Both the position numbers and the translations under genes were made by a program. Source: Myxococcota bacterium (lineage in GTDB: Bacteria > Myxococcota_A > Polyangia > Nannocystales > Nannocystaceae). From it: a stretch of 64,000 nucleotides of DNA. The notes beneath the pieces are model-generated. The model did not search any database, was not told the origin of the DNA, and saw only the letters and a list, made by a program, of their open reading frames with translations. Below, piece by piece: positions 1-9,487 of this stretch; the stretch's first letter is position 1; each line of letters opens with the position of its first letter. Location: NCBI GenBank assembly GCA_039194325.1, contig JBCCWC010000002.1:64001-128000 (forward strand), written 5' to 3'.

Positions 1-600
1 GGTGTTGGCGGTCGCGATCAGGTTGAACCCTCGCTGCGCGGTGGCGATCTGGCCCAGCTCGGGCACCGCCACCTGCTTCTCCGACAGCAGCGAGATGAGC
101 GCATCTTGGATCTCCGCCGGTGTGCGGGTGATCTCCTCGAAGCGGGCGAACTTGCCCGCCTCCATCGCCCGGTAGATCGGCGAGGGGACCAGCGCCTTGG
201 GTGAAGGACCTTCGGCCAAGAGCAAAGCGTAGTTCCAGCTGTACTTGATGTGGTCCTCCGAGGTCCCGGCCGTCCCCTGCACGATGAGCGAGGAGTCTCC
301 GCTGATCGCCGCGCACAGGTGCTCCGAGAGCCAGCTCTTGGCCGTGCCCGGCTCGCCCACCAGCATCAGGGCGCGGTCGGAGCACAGCGTGGCGATCGCC
401 ACCTCCACCAGCGCCTTGTTGCCGATGAACTTGGCCGTGATCTCCACCCCGTCGACCGGCTTGTTGGCGCCCAGGATGTACGTGGACACGGCCTTGGGCG
501 AGAGCTTCCAGCCCGGAGGGCGTTGGCCCTCGTCGGTGCGCGCCAAGGCGGCCAGCTCGCGTTCGAATTTGATCTCGGCGGGTTGTCGAATCGTGGACAT
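1..600 (-). CDS. AAA+ ATPase, MoxR/YehL-like (3' end runs off window; absent from ORF track)
   Basis: Hand translation from ATG at 600: MSTIRQPAEIKFERELAAL...; Walker A LVGEPGTAKSWLSEHL, Walker B FARFEEITR, sensor-1 GFNLIATANT at window edge. Confidence 0.85.
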   Translation of the reverse strand, partial: MSTIRQPAEIKFERELAALARTDEGQRPPGWKLSPKAVSTYILGANKPVDGVEITAKFIGNKALVEVAIATLCSDRALMLVGEPGTAKSWLSEHLCAAISGDSSLIVQGTAGTSEDHIKYSWNYALLLAEGPSPKALVPSPIYRAMEAGKFARFEEITRTPAEIQDALISLLSEKQVAVPELGQIATAQRGFNLIATANT

Positions 601-674
601 GGCTGGGGCAGGGCGAGTATAGGGCATGCGCGATCCGAGCGTGGGGGCTGTGGCATGCTGCTGCCGTGACCACT

Positions 675-1271
675 ATGCGTCTTTACGGCACCTTCACTTC
701 CCCCTACGTGCGTCGAGTCCGGATCGTCGCCCTCGAGCTGGGCATGCCCATCGAGATGGTCGATACCACGACCGACGAGGGCCAGGCCGCCATGCGGGCG
801 GTCAATCCCCTGTGGAAGGTGCCGACGGTCGAGCTCGACGGGAGCCCGATCATGGATTCCCGCAACATCACCGAGCACCTGCTGCGGATCCACGGGCCGG
901 GTCCGCTGTCGGCGATGGGGCTCGACGACGTGGAGGCGCACAACGTGTACACGGTGGTCGACGGGGTCGTCGACGCTCTCATCAACACGTTCTACCTGGC
1001 GCGCGACGGGATCGCGGGCGAGCAGGCCTCGTACATGCAAAAGCAGCACGAGCGGGCCGCCGCAGGGATGGCCTGGCTGGAGCAGCGTGTCGATGACGTA
1101 TGGCTGACCCGTGAGCGCGCGTTCGGCCTGGTGGAGATCGCCTTGTGTACCTCGGTGGAGTGGATGCGCTTTCGTTCGACCTACCCGGTGCAGCGGCACC
1201 CGGCGCTGATGCGCTGCGTGGAGCACCACGCCGAGCGCCCGAGCTTGGTGAAGACCCGTCCGCCGGCCTGA
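675..1271 (+). CDS. Glutathione S-transferase family protein
   Basis: MRLYGTFTSPYVRRVR, NPLWKVP, DSRNITEHL are GST N-domain motifs; alternative GTG start at 666. Confidence 0.9.
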   Translation: MRLYGTFTSPYVRRVRIVALELGMPIEMVDTTTDEGQAAMRAVNPLWKVPTVELDGSPIMDSRNITEHLLRIHGPGPLSAMGLDDVEAHNVYTVVDGVVDALINTFYLARDGIAGEQASYMQKQHERAAAGMAWLEQRVDDVWLTRERAFGLVEIALCTSVEWMRFRSTYPVQRHPALMRCVEHHAERPSLVKTRPPA

Positions 1272-1525
1272 CCGCCGCCGAGGCGGACGAACGCCCCAAA
1301 CTCCGTGACGACGAACACCTGGTGCGGCTGCACCCCGGCGTTCAGTGTCACGGCGTTGTGTATCGTCGCTGTACGCCAAGTCGACATGCTGCCGTGGCGG
1401 GTAGGAGTACATCCGGGCCGACGTATTGTTCCCGACGCCCGGTTGGGAGATACTCCATGCCGTGCAGGGGTCCGCTTGGCGTGCCCACGCCCTGCTCACC
1501 CATGCCGATAGAGGAAGACCGCCAG

Positions 1526-2035
1526 ATGACGTCTCGACGTTTGCTGAACATTGTGTTGGGAGCCGACAAGTACGCGTATGCGCTCAAGGAGGCGCTGCGC
1601 GAGTATCTGATGGGGCGTGACGACGTACACGTCACGGACGTGGGCGTGGGGTCTGCGGACGCAGACATCCCCTATTACAAGACGGCCGACGCCGTCGGTG
1701 CCCGCGTGGCGGGTGGGGAATTTGAGCGCGGTATTCTCGTCTGCGGCACCGGGATGGGCATGTGCATCATCGCCAACAAGCATCCTGGTGTGTTCGCCGC
1801 GGTCTGCGAGAACGTGGAGGCCGCGGTGAAGTCACGCTCGATCAACAACTCGAATGTGCTCACACTCGGTGGCTTCGTGACCCCACCGGCCGAAGCCATC
1901 AAGATCGTCGACGCGTGGCTCGCCGCCAAATTTACGCAGGATTTCGAGCCGGATCTGCAATCTTGGCTCCGTGGCTCGATGGACGACATCGCCGAGATTG
2001 AGCGCCAGGTATTCCGGCAAGGCGAGCCAGAATGA
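1526..2035 (+). CDS. rpiB: Ribose-5-phosphate isomerase B (RpiB/LacA/LacB family)
   Basis: GILVCGTGMGMCIIANKHPG and RSINNSNVLTLGG motifs; GAGGA upstream of ATG 1526. Confidence 0.88.
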   Translation: MTSRRLLNIVLGADKYAYALKEALREYLMGRDDVHVTDVGVGSADADIPYYKTADAVGARVAGGEFERGILVCGTGMGMCIIANKHPGVFAAVCENVEAAVKSRSINNSNVLTLGGFVTPPAEAIKIVDAWLAAKFTQDFEPDLQSWLRGSMDDIAEIERQVFRQGEPE

Positions 2036-2144
2036 CCGTATAACGCCGGCTCGCAAGCCCTGGCAGCCCGTTACGACCCGCGCGGATCCGTAGATGACGG
2101 ATCATGCTCAGGTCATCAGGAACCCGACCAGGACGACGAGAGCA

Positions 2145-2471
2145 ATGATGAAGATCGCACTGACCAACGTTCCCCCCGATCATGCACAATCCATCGCGAC
2201 TACGCTGGTGCAGGAAGAGGTCGTGGCTTGTATCAACATGTATACGGTCAACAGCGTGTACCGTTGGAAGGGCGAGCTATGCCAGGACGACGAGGTCACC
2301 CTGATGATGAAGCTCTCGGCCGAAGGCGTCGCAGCGCTAAAGGCACGCTTGCAGGAGCTCCACCCGTACGAGCTGATGGAGTTTCTCGTGCTCGACATCG
2401 ATGAACAAGGCTCGTTAGCCGAGTATATCGACTATGTTCGTCAGAGTACGCGGGTCACCACGCCCAGGTGA
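2145..2471 (+). CDS. cutA: Divalent-cation tolerance protein CutA
   Basis: VACIN...SVYRWKG...HPYE motifs. Confidence 0.9.
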   Translation: MMKIALTNVPPDHAQSIATTLVQEEVVACINMYTVNSVYRWKGELCQDDEVTLMMKLSAEGVAALKARLQELHPYELMEFLVLDIDEQGSLAEYIDYVRQSTRVTTPR

Positions 2472-2681
2472 CTGCTCGGCAGGTTTCCGCCTAGACCGAC
2501 TCGAGTGCCGGCGAACGCGCTGCCCGTGTCGCTGACGGTTTCGCCCGAGTCGTTCGTGCGGACCGCGTTGCCGGCTCCATCGACGCGCAGAACCCGGCGG
2601 CTACGGGGCTGATCCCGCAGGACACGGCGTCTACGCGGCTGGCGCAGTGTAACACCCGGTCCTCATCGGGGACGTGGATGT

Positions 2682-5321
2682 GTGACCCATCGTCCCGATC
2701 GCTCGACCCTCCTGTTAGTGCTGGCGCTTTTCGCCTGCGGCGCGGACGAAGAGGACGACGATGCGCTGCCGCCCCACAGGGATCTCGGGTGTCCGCCGTC
2801 GAGCACGCTCTCGGTCGAGGTAGGCACGGGTCTTTTCGCCTACTACACGAGGTTCGACGAGATCGCTGACGAGCCGCGACCGATCACGGGCCCGGTGACC
2901 GACGTGGTGGTGAACGTCGGAGGCGTTGGGGGGCAGGTCGTGTTCTCGCGGGAGACGAGCTATCGGCCGGTCTGGCACGCGGGCGGGGGCCGCTTCGAGT
3001 TCCCGCACATGGCGGAATCGGTAGAGGGGGTGTGCTCCGCGGAGGGCCGGTTCGATCAACAAAACGAGTATGCGTTCGCTCGAGTGCTCTTTGCGACACC
3101 CGACGAGGTACGGATTGGTTGGCGATACTTCCCCGTGCTGAGTCGGCTGGCCCCCGAGGATGTGGTGCACGAGGTGTTCACGTTCCACTCGGATGGAACG
3201 GTCCGTCGCGAACACCGCCCGGGCACCGAGACGATCACCGCCTGGAGGGATCCGCTGAACCGGACGGTCGAGACCTATCAGCTAACGCAGACCGGTTTGG
3301 AGCAGACGTCCACCGAGCCCGCGCAACGGTCCCCCGAGGCGCCGCCGCTGACCGGTACCCCGGTCTTGGAGCCACCCGCGCAGGTACCCATGCTCCACTT
3401 TCGAATGGATGAAGGCCACGGCGCATCGACGTCCGCCGAAGACGGCACGGCGGCGAGCATCGCCGGTCAAGGCGCCCCGTGGCGGGGGGGGATCTCGGGT
3501 ACTGCGTTTGCGTTCGATGGCTATCGCTCCGTTGTCGAGTCCGAGCGCTCGCTTCCGGGGGCCATCACCGTCTCGGGGTTCTTGGCCCTCGGGGCACGGC
3601 CATGGAACGACGCTCCGCTCTTCGAGAGCGGTGATCTCCTGCTCGGGGTGGGGCCGTATGGCCGCCCCATCCTTCGCGTGGGTGATGCCGTGGTCGTCGG
3701 CGACGCCCCGCTTGCACTCTGGTCCTGGACGCACCTGGCCGGCGTGCTCGGCGACGACGAGATCGTGTTGCTTGTCGACGGCGAGCGGGTAGGTGCAGCA
3801 CAGCCCGACCAAGACGCGGCCGGTCCAGGCCCGCGTATTCGCATCGGCCTCAATACTACCCCGAGCGCCGCGTCCGACGGCGTTCGCGCGGACGATACCG
3901 ATATGTTCCACCACTTCTCGAGCGTGCACGGCGTGGAGGGACTGATCGACGAGGTGATGGTGCACGCGGAGGCGCTGACGGACGAACGAGTCGCGGCGCT
4001 CTACGAGCACCAGCGCAGTGCTGCAAACGCGACTCCCGAGCTACAAGCCCGCCGCGTGCCCGTGACCCCGGGGCCGGCCGAGGCATTCGGCGTGTCGCTA
4101 GAGCCCCTGCGGTACCACGACCTGTGGGACGACCAGTGGCGTGTGGCCGAAGGGGACGACGTCACGGTGCGCTTCGATTCCCTGCCCGGCAGCATCGTGT
4201 ACTGGCGCGGTACCGTCCACGGCGTGAACATGGTGGCGGACCGGACCGCCTGGATGACCGATCAGAGCGTGGAGATGGTCGTCCCCGAGGACGAGCCGCC
4301 GATCTTGACCCTGGCCGAGCACATGTCCGACAAGCAGGCTCGTCGCAGCCATGTTCGCGTGATCGAGAACACCCCGGCCCGCGTGGTCGTGCACTGGCGC
4401 TATGCAACCGCCGATGTGTTCGACACGCCAATTCACCAGACGGCGTTTGTGGACGAGATGCACACGATCTACCCCAACGCCGAGATGGTGCGGCACGTGT
4501 TCTTCCAGCTTGCGGCCGACGAAGAGGGCCGAGAGTTCTTCCACGACTTTCAGGTCATGCTCGAGCCGGGACTCCGCCCTGAGGACGTGATCGGTTTGAC
4601 GGCGCTGACCTATGCGAACCTCGACGGCGAAGTCGCCGACCTGACATGGCCCCTTCGTGCCGAGGCAACGCCGCCGATCGATCCGTCGAACATCATTCGG
4701 ATCAACTTCAGATCGGATTGGGACGTGTTTGGTGTCGCTCAGGGCGGTCGTCACTTCCCGTCTGGGGGCGGAGGAGAGATCTCACCGTACGTTCAATACG
4801 ACGGCATGGACTTCCCGTTCGCTGGTCCGTGGAATCACTGGCCCGCGGCCCAGATCCCCTCCGACGGTCGCTACGTGACGGACTACGATCGCGTGAGCCA
4901 CTTTGCTCTGGGCAGCAGCGAGCCGCAGGAGCACGGGACGGGCTCCATGCTGTACGGGTTCACCAACGACCCGGGCATGGATGGAGCGGTGATGGCCGCG
5001 CGTGCGTGGATCCGGCCTCCCGTGATGGAGAACCTCTCCGGGGCGGAGTCCATGGGCTACGACACCGATGCTCGCGCGTATCAGCTTCGCCACAGTGGCG
5101 CTCCCATCCGCTTCGTGCTCGCCGGTAGCGATAAGTCCCCCGTGCACGACCCCGCCTTCGTGGTCGACGATTGGCAGGGAGGAGCCGACGTCGAGGTGAT
5201 GCTCGACGGGGCCGCGGCTGCGGCTCGTGTCGGGCTCACCCGCGACCGTCGCGGTGCCCCGCGCTTGGTCGTCTTCGTGGAGCACGATGGCACGTCCGGG
5301 GTCGAGCTCGAGATCCGCTGA
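2682..5321 (+). CDS. Large lipoprotein with central LamG/concanavalin-like domain
   Basis: Lipobox LFAC; FRMDEG, AFDG, WTHLAG, LLVDGE, GLIDEV LamG motifs; 879 aa. Confidence 0.75.
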   Translation: MTHRPDRSTLLLVLALFACGADEEDDDALPPHRDLGCPPSSTLSVEVGTGLFAYYTRFDEIADEPRPITGPVTDVVVNVGGVGGQVVFSRETSYRPVWHAGGGRFEFPHMAESVEGVCSAEGRFDQQNEYAFARVLFATPDEVRIGWRYFPVLSRLAPEDVVHEVFTFHSDGTVRREHRPGTETITAWRDPLNRTVETYQLTQTGLEQTSTEPAQRSPEAPPLTGTPVLEPPAQVPMLHFRMDEGHGASTSAEDGTAASIAGQGAPWRGGISGTAFAFDGYRSVVESERSLPGAITVSGFLALGARPWNDAPLFESGDLLLGVGPYGRPILRVGDAVVVGDAPLALWSWTHLAGVLGDDEIVLLVDGERVGAAQPDQDAAGPGPRIRIGLNTTPSAASDGVRADDTDMFHHFSSVHGVEGLIDEVMVHAEALTDERVAALYEHQRSAANATPELQARRVPVTPGPAEAFGVSLEPLRYHDLWDDQWRVAEGDDVTVRFDSLPGSIVYWRGTVHGVNMVADRTAWMTDQSVEMVVPEDEPPILTLAEHMSDKQARRSHVRVIENTPARVVVHWRYATADVFDTPIHQTAFVDEMHTIYPNAEMVRHVFFQLAADEEGREFFHDFQVMLEPGLRPEDVIGLTALTYANLDGEVADLTWPLRAEATPPIDPSNIIRINFRSDWDVFGVAQGGRHFPSGGGGEISPYVQYDGMDFPFAGPWNHWPAAQIPSDGRYVTDYDRVSHFALGSSEPQEHGTGSMLYGFTNDPGMDGAVMAARAWIRPPVMENLSGAESMGYDTDARAYQLRHSGAPIRFVLAGSDKSPVHDPAFVVDDWQGGADVEVMLDGAAAAARVGLTRDRRGAPRLVVFVEHDGTSGVELEIR

Positions 5322-5560
5322 GCTGGCCTCGTCGCGATAGCAATGGGCGTGAAGAGCTCCGCCGATGCTTGCCTGGTGGCAGCGTGTTGGCACAAAGCTC
5401 CGCAGTTGCTTAAAATGGGACAATATAGATATAAAAAGCACTATTTTAGCCTAAAACAGGACAATCATAAGGCAGAAAAGCGTTAGTCCCGCTATTTTCG
5501 GGAAAATTCGAGAGATATTAGCCTCTTTTCGGCTCTTTTTTAGGACAATGGACGCTCAAC

Positions 5561-5580
5561 AAGCTCCACGGGAGCTTTTT
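5561..5580 (+). terminator. Hairpin with T-tract between convergent genes
   Basis: AAGCTCC-ACG-GGAGCTT followed by TTT. Confidence 0.45.
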
Positions 5581-5666
5581 GGATGAAATGGATGACAAAG
5601 AGGCTCTGCAGGAGCTCTTTTAGGTGTCACCTCCAATCACTGGAGCGTCGCGAGCTTTGATGAGCA

Positions 5667-7316
5667 TCAATCGGAGGGATCAAGCGCTCCACGCAAGCTC
5701 GACTCGGCATGATCGATCCGGTCCCGATACTCCCGATACCCTTCCATCAGCGCCAGGTACACCATCTGTCCCAAGACTTTTTGTCCGGCCATGGTCAGGT
5801 GGGCCAGATCCCCGCTGAGCAGCGGTGGGGTCGATCGTCGCCAGCGTCCCGCCGATCCGTCGCCCCCCATGGCGGCGACCGTGTCGAAGAACGCGCAACC
5901 TTCGGCCCGGGCCACCCGGCGCTGGATCTCCACGATCCGGGACACCATGGGTCGGCTGACGATCCGGGGACCTTCGCGCTGCCCGTGGTCCACGGGGGCC
6001 ATCACCAGGCAGGCGACCGGCTCGTTGGTCCCGCGGAAGCGTCGAAGCACCTCGCCAAAATCTCGTTCGTATCGGTCGAGCTTGCCCTCGGCGAGGGTCA
6101 GATCGTTGCCTCCGAAGCTGAATACCAACAGCCCCGGGTCGCGGTGGTCGATCTGCCGCCGCAGGTGCTCGGGATCGAAGTTGAGCATGCGATCGGCAAA
6201 CGCCCCGAGCTGCTCCATGCCGTCCCACACCACCCCGGGCACGTCGCGCTCCAGCACCACCCCGTAGATCCGCACGGGTCCGCCGGAGCCCACGCGTAGC
6301 TTGATGTCGTGGGGGCCGTCGCTTCCGAGCTCGAGGGTGTGCCAGGTATCGATGGCCTCCCGCTCGGCGGTCTTGATGATGACGGGCGGCTGCTTGTCTA
6401 CCTTCACCCGGAGCCGGCCGGTCTTGGGTGTGCCACGAACCCACAGCTCCAGTCGCGAGGCTTTGCGTCCAAAGGGAAGCTTGTCCTCGGTGCGGAAGCG
6501 GAGCTCGGCGCCGCCGTAGGCGGACGCGATCGTGCCTCCGAGTCCGTAGCGGCCGTCGCCGCGGCAGCGATTGATGATGTAGCAGATGTCCCAGCCCTCC
6601 CCGCCGGCAAAGCGCACCCCCCGGTGGCGGTAGCTGGCGTTGGGTTTGGCCGCCAAGTGGAAGCCGTGGCCGGCATCGCCGAAGCGGCGTTGCATGGCAA
6701 AGCGCAGAGCGGAGCTGATGTTGTCGTTGGCGACCACCGAGTCTCCCCAGTGGGCGACCCGGGTGATCGCACCGGCATAGCGGGCGTCGGTGCGGGCAAG
6801 CCGGGCGTAGAACGAGTCCAGAGTGGTGGGCGAGGGCAGCTCGAGCGAGCGCGGTACCTCTTGCTCGTCGTCGGGGTGGGGCTCGTAGGGCGGTAGCCCG
6901 TCGCCGGTTGTAGGGGGCTCGATCACCGGCGCATCCTCGACGGCCGGCACGTCCTGTGGCTCGTTTTGCTTGACGACCGCGGCCGCGAGGCGCTCCACCT
7001 CGTCGTGTTGCTCGGCCACTTGCTCGAGTAGCTCGCCCTCGCCCAACAACTCGCGGCCCACGAGGTTCCAAAAGAGCACGGGATCCTTGCCCCGCACCCA
7101 GGGGCGGGCAAAGTCCAGCGCGGGCACCAGGTAGCTCGCCATGACGAGCAGCCCCAGGGTGATCATGCCAGAGACGATCTTGCGAAAGGTGCCGGCCGCG
7201 TAGGCCCCGGGATCGTCGCCGTCGCCTTGGTCGAGCACGACCTCGTCCACCCGCTCGTCCACGTCGAGCAGACCGACGTCGTCGTCGTCGGAGGTGTCGT
7301 CGTCGGGGTTGGCCAT
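5667..7316 (-). CDS. SGNH/GDSL O-acetyltransferase/esterase, PatB-like, single N-terminal TM
   Basis: WGDS (block I), FGGND (block III), DLAH (DxxH); downstream of MBOAT gene. Confidence 0.8.
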   Translation of the reverse strand: MANPDDDTSDDDDVGLLDVDERVDEVVLDQGDGDDPGAYAAGTFRKIVSGMITLGLLVMASYLVPALDFARPWVRGKDPVLFWNLVGRELLGEGELLEQVAEQHDEVERLAAAVVKQNEPQDVPAVEDAPVIEPPTTGDGLPPYEPHPDDEQEVPRSLELPSPTTLDSFYARLARTDARYAGAITRVAHWGDSVVANDNISSALRFAMQRRFGDAGHGFHLAAKPNASYRHRGVRFAGGEGWDICYIINRCRGDGRYGLGGTIASAYGGAELRFRTEDKLPFGRKASRLELWVRGTPKTGRLRVKVDKQPPVIIKTAEREAIDTWHTLELGSDGPHDIKLRVGSGGPVRIYGVVLERDVPGVVWDGMEQLGAFADRMLNFDPEHLRRQIDHRDPGLLVFSFGGNDLTLAEGKLDRYERDFGEVLRRFRGTNEPVACLVMAPVDHGQREGPRIVSRPMVSRIVEIQRRVARAEGCAFFDTVAAMGGDGSAGRWRRSTPPLLSGDLAHLTMAGQKVLGQMVYLALMEGYREYRDRIDHAESSLRGALDPSD

Positions 7317-7367
7317 GGCGCACGCGGTGAGTTGAACGCTTGGAGTCGAACGCTTGGACGGCCAGCG

Positions 7368-9026
7368 CTAGAAGTTGAAGTAGATGAACGCTCGCGGCGC
7401 GCCGTCCATCAGCTTCATCAGGCCCAGGCCCAATAGGCCCAACAAAAGGCCCAGCACCGGTCCGGGTAGTCGTCGAAACACCCCGTAAGCGTACTCGTCG
7501 ACCCAGCGCTTGGGCGTAAAGTGGTAGAGCGTGCCGAAGACCAGGGCCAGCCATAGCCACCCGGTGAGCAGGCCGGGGCGGACCAGCGCGGTGTCGAAGC
7601 GCAAGAGGCCCGCCACCATCGCCTTGGCGGTCTCGAAGTCGGGGGCGCGAAAGAACACCCGCGACAGCACGGTAAAGTGATACGTGATGACGATGTGGGC
7701 GAAGGTGACCAGCGGGCCACCCTGCAGCGGCAGCCACGTCACCAGCAAGAACATCGCCACGGCCGAGCCCCCGCATAGCAGGGCGCCGTCCCGGGGCAGG
7801 TCGAGGACCAGCTCGGCCGCTGCGCTACAGGCCACCCCCACCGCGAGCGCCGCGATGGCGGCCTGGAGCCCCCGTCGCCCGCGTGGCCCGTCGCGCCGCC
7901 GGGTGCGGTTCCAGCGGTTGAAGAGCATCGCGAGCCCGTGGATGTTGCTATAGATTACGAAGTTCCAGCTGGTGCCTGGCGAGTAGTGCCACATGCCCAC
8001 CAGGAACATGGTCAGCCACAGGTTGAAGTAGGTGCGGGCGGGGGAGCCCCGGCTGCCGCCGAGGGGAAAGAACAGATAGTCGCGCAGCCAGGTCGACAGG
8101 GTCATGTGCCAGCGCCGCCAGAACTCGCCTACGTTCTTGCCCTGATAGGGGCGATCGAAGTTCTCGGGGATCGTAAAGCCCAACAGGCGCGCGGTGCCGA
8201 TCGCGATGTCGGAATAGCCCGAGAAGTCGGCATAGAGCTGCACGGTGAATGCATAGAGCGCCAGCAAGATCTCGGTTGAGGTGTAGGCCTCGGGGCTGGC
8301 GAAGATCGCGTCGGTGAACTGGGCCGCTACCCAGTCGCCGAGCACCACCTTCTTGGCCAGGCCCTTGAAGATCCGGAACAGGCCCTCCTCCATCATCCGT
8401 GCCGACAGCCGGGGGCGCCGGTGTAGCTGGGGCAGCAGCTCGCTGGCTCGGACGATCGGCCCCGCCACCAGCTGGGGAAAGAAGGTGACGAATAGGGCGA
8501 ACTTGCGAAACGAAGGCTCGGGGGTCAGCCGCTGTCGCCAGATGTCGATGGTGTAGCTGAGGCTCTGGAAGGTGTAGAACGAGATCCCGACGGGCAGGAT
8601 CGTCTCGAGGTGAGGCGCCACGAAGGGGATGCCCGCGGCGTGGCACAGATCGGCAAAGACGCCGACGAAGAAGTCGGTGTACTTGAAATAGCCCAGCAGG
8701 CCGAGGTTGCCGACCAGGCTGGCGAGCAGCAGCGCGTTGCGGCCCCGTCGGGCGCGGGCGGCCACGGCCGGGTCCTCATCGTCGAGCGCCGGGGTCCGAC
8801 GGTGGATCTGGTGCCCGCACACGAAGTCGAGCACGGTCGAGAACACCAGCAGCCCCGCGAAGTACCAGGGCGTGGGCGGCGGGTCGGTCTTGGGACCCGC
8901 CATGTAGAAGAAGTAGCTCGCGACCAACAGCAGCAGTACCCGCGCGATCGGGCGGTGTCCCAGCGCCCAAAAGGCGACCAAGACCGGCACCAGGAACACC
9001 AGGTAGTCGAAGGTCGGAAAGAGCAT
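7368..9026 (-). CDS. MBOAT family O-acyltransferase (AlgI/PatA/DltB-like)
   Basis: LPVGISFYTFQSLSY, FFPQLVAGPIVR, YADFSGYSDIAIG, FWRRWHMTLSTWLRDY, GMWH. Confidence 0.93.
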   Translation of the reverse strand: MLFPTFDYLVFLVPVLVAFWALGHRPIARVLLLLVASYFFYMAGPKTDPPPTPWYFAGLLVFSTVLDFVCGHQIHRRTPALDDEDPAVAARARRGRNALLLASLVGNLGLLGYFKYTDFFVGVFADLCHAAGIPFVAPHLETILPVGISFYTFQSLSYTIDIWRQRLTPEPSFRKFALFVTFFPQLVAGPIVRASELLPQLHRRPRLSARMMEEGLFRIFKGLAKKVVLGDWVAAQFTDAIFASPEAYTSTEILLALYAFTVQLYADFSGYSDIAIGTARLLGFTIPENFDRPYQGKNVGEFWRRWHMTLSTWLRDYLFFPLGGSRGSPARTYFNLWLTMFLVGMWHYSPGTSWNFVIYSNIHGLAMLFNRWNRTRRRDGPRGRRGLQAAIAALAVGVACSAAAELVLDLPRDGALLCGGSAVAMFLLVTWLPLQGGPLVTFAHIVITYHFTVLSRVFFRAPDFETAKAMVAGLLRFDTALVRPGLLTGWLWLALVFGTLYHFTPKRWVDEYAYGVFRRLPGPVLGLLLGLLGLGLMKLMDGAPRAFIYFNF

Positions 9027-9157
9027 GGGCGCGACGGCGCGACTTTCGTCAAAGCTACCCCCGGGTCGGGATCGGCGCGAGTTCCTTACGCACGAAGGAA
9101 ATGCGCTGTTCCCGCTGGTGCTTGCGCAGTTCGCTGGCGTTGCGGGACGATGCGGGC

Positions 9158-9484
9158 ATGAGCACTCAGGGTTCGGGTCGCAAGGTCCTCCACTTCGCCG
9201 TCACGGGCGCACTGCTGGGGGGTGGCGCGGCGACCGGCTGCGCGTCCAAGACCGCAGCGCCGGTCGAAGAGCCCGGGCCGTCGGCCAACCCTGGCCCCGT
9301 CGACGAGGCGGAGGCCCACGCCGAGCCCGCGGACGAAGATGAGCCTCACACCAATCCCGGGCCCGCCGGCGAGGAGCGTCCCAACACGCCCACTCACGTC
9401 AACACCGCCCCGGTCGATGCGCCGTCCGAAGAGCCCCCGTCGGTCGCCGTCAACCCGGCACCGCAGCCCGAGCCCAGCAAGTAG
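9158..9484 (+). CDS. Small Pro/Glu-rich lipoprotein with repeated N-P/T-G/A-P motifs
   Basis: Signal with ATGC lipobox; ANPGP, TNPGP, VNTAP, VNPAP; stop 3 nt before next gene. Confidence 0.75.
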   Translation: MSTQGSGRKVLHFAVTGALLGGGAATGCASKTAAPVEEPGPSANPGPVDEAEAHAEPADEDEPHTNPGPAGEERPNTPTHVNTAPVDAPSEEPPSVAVNPAPQPEPSK

Positions 9485-9487
9485 CGC

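Noticed and set aside
5387..5410. sigma54 motif TGGCAC near the AT-rich patch, also TGGCACG at 11723 and 24154
   Set aside because: No GC at the required GG-N10-GC spacing
5680..7776. 698 aa Arg/Pro/Gly-rich ORF and similar long alternates (14253-15902, 22052-23749, 39577-41421, 46376-48238)
   Set aside because: Shadow ORFs from high GC overlapping well-supported genes
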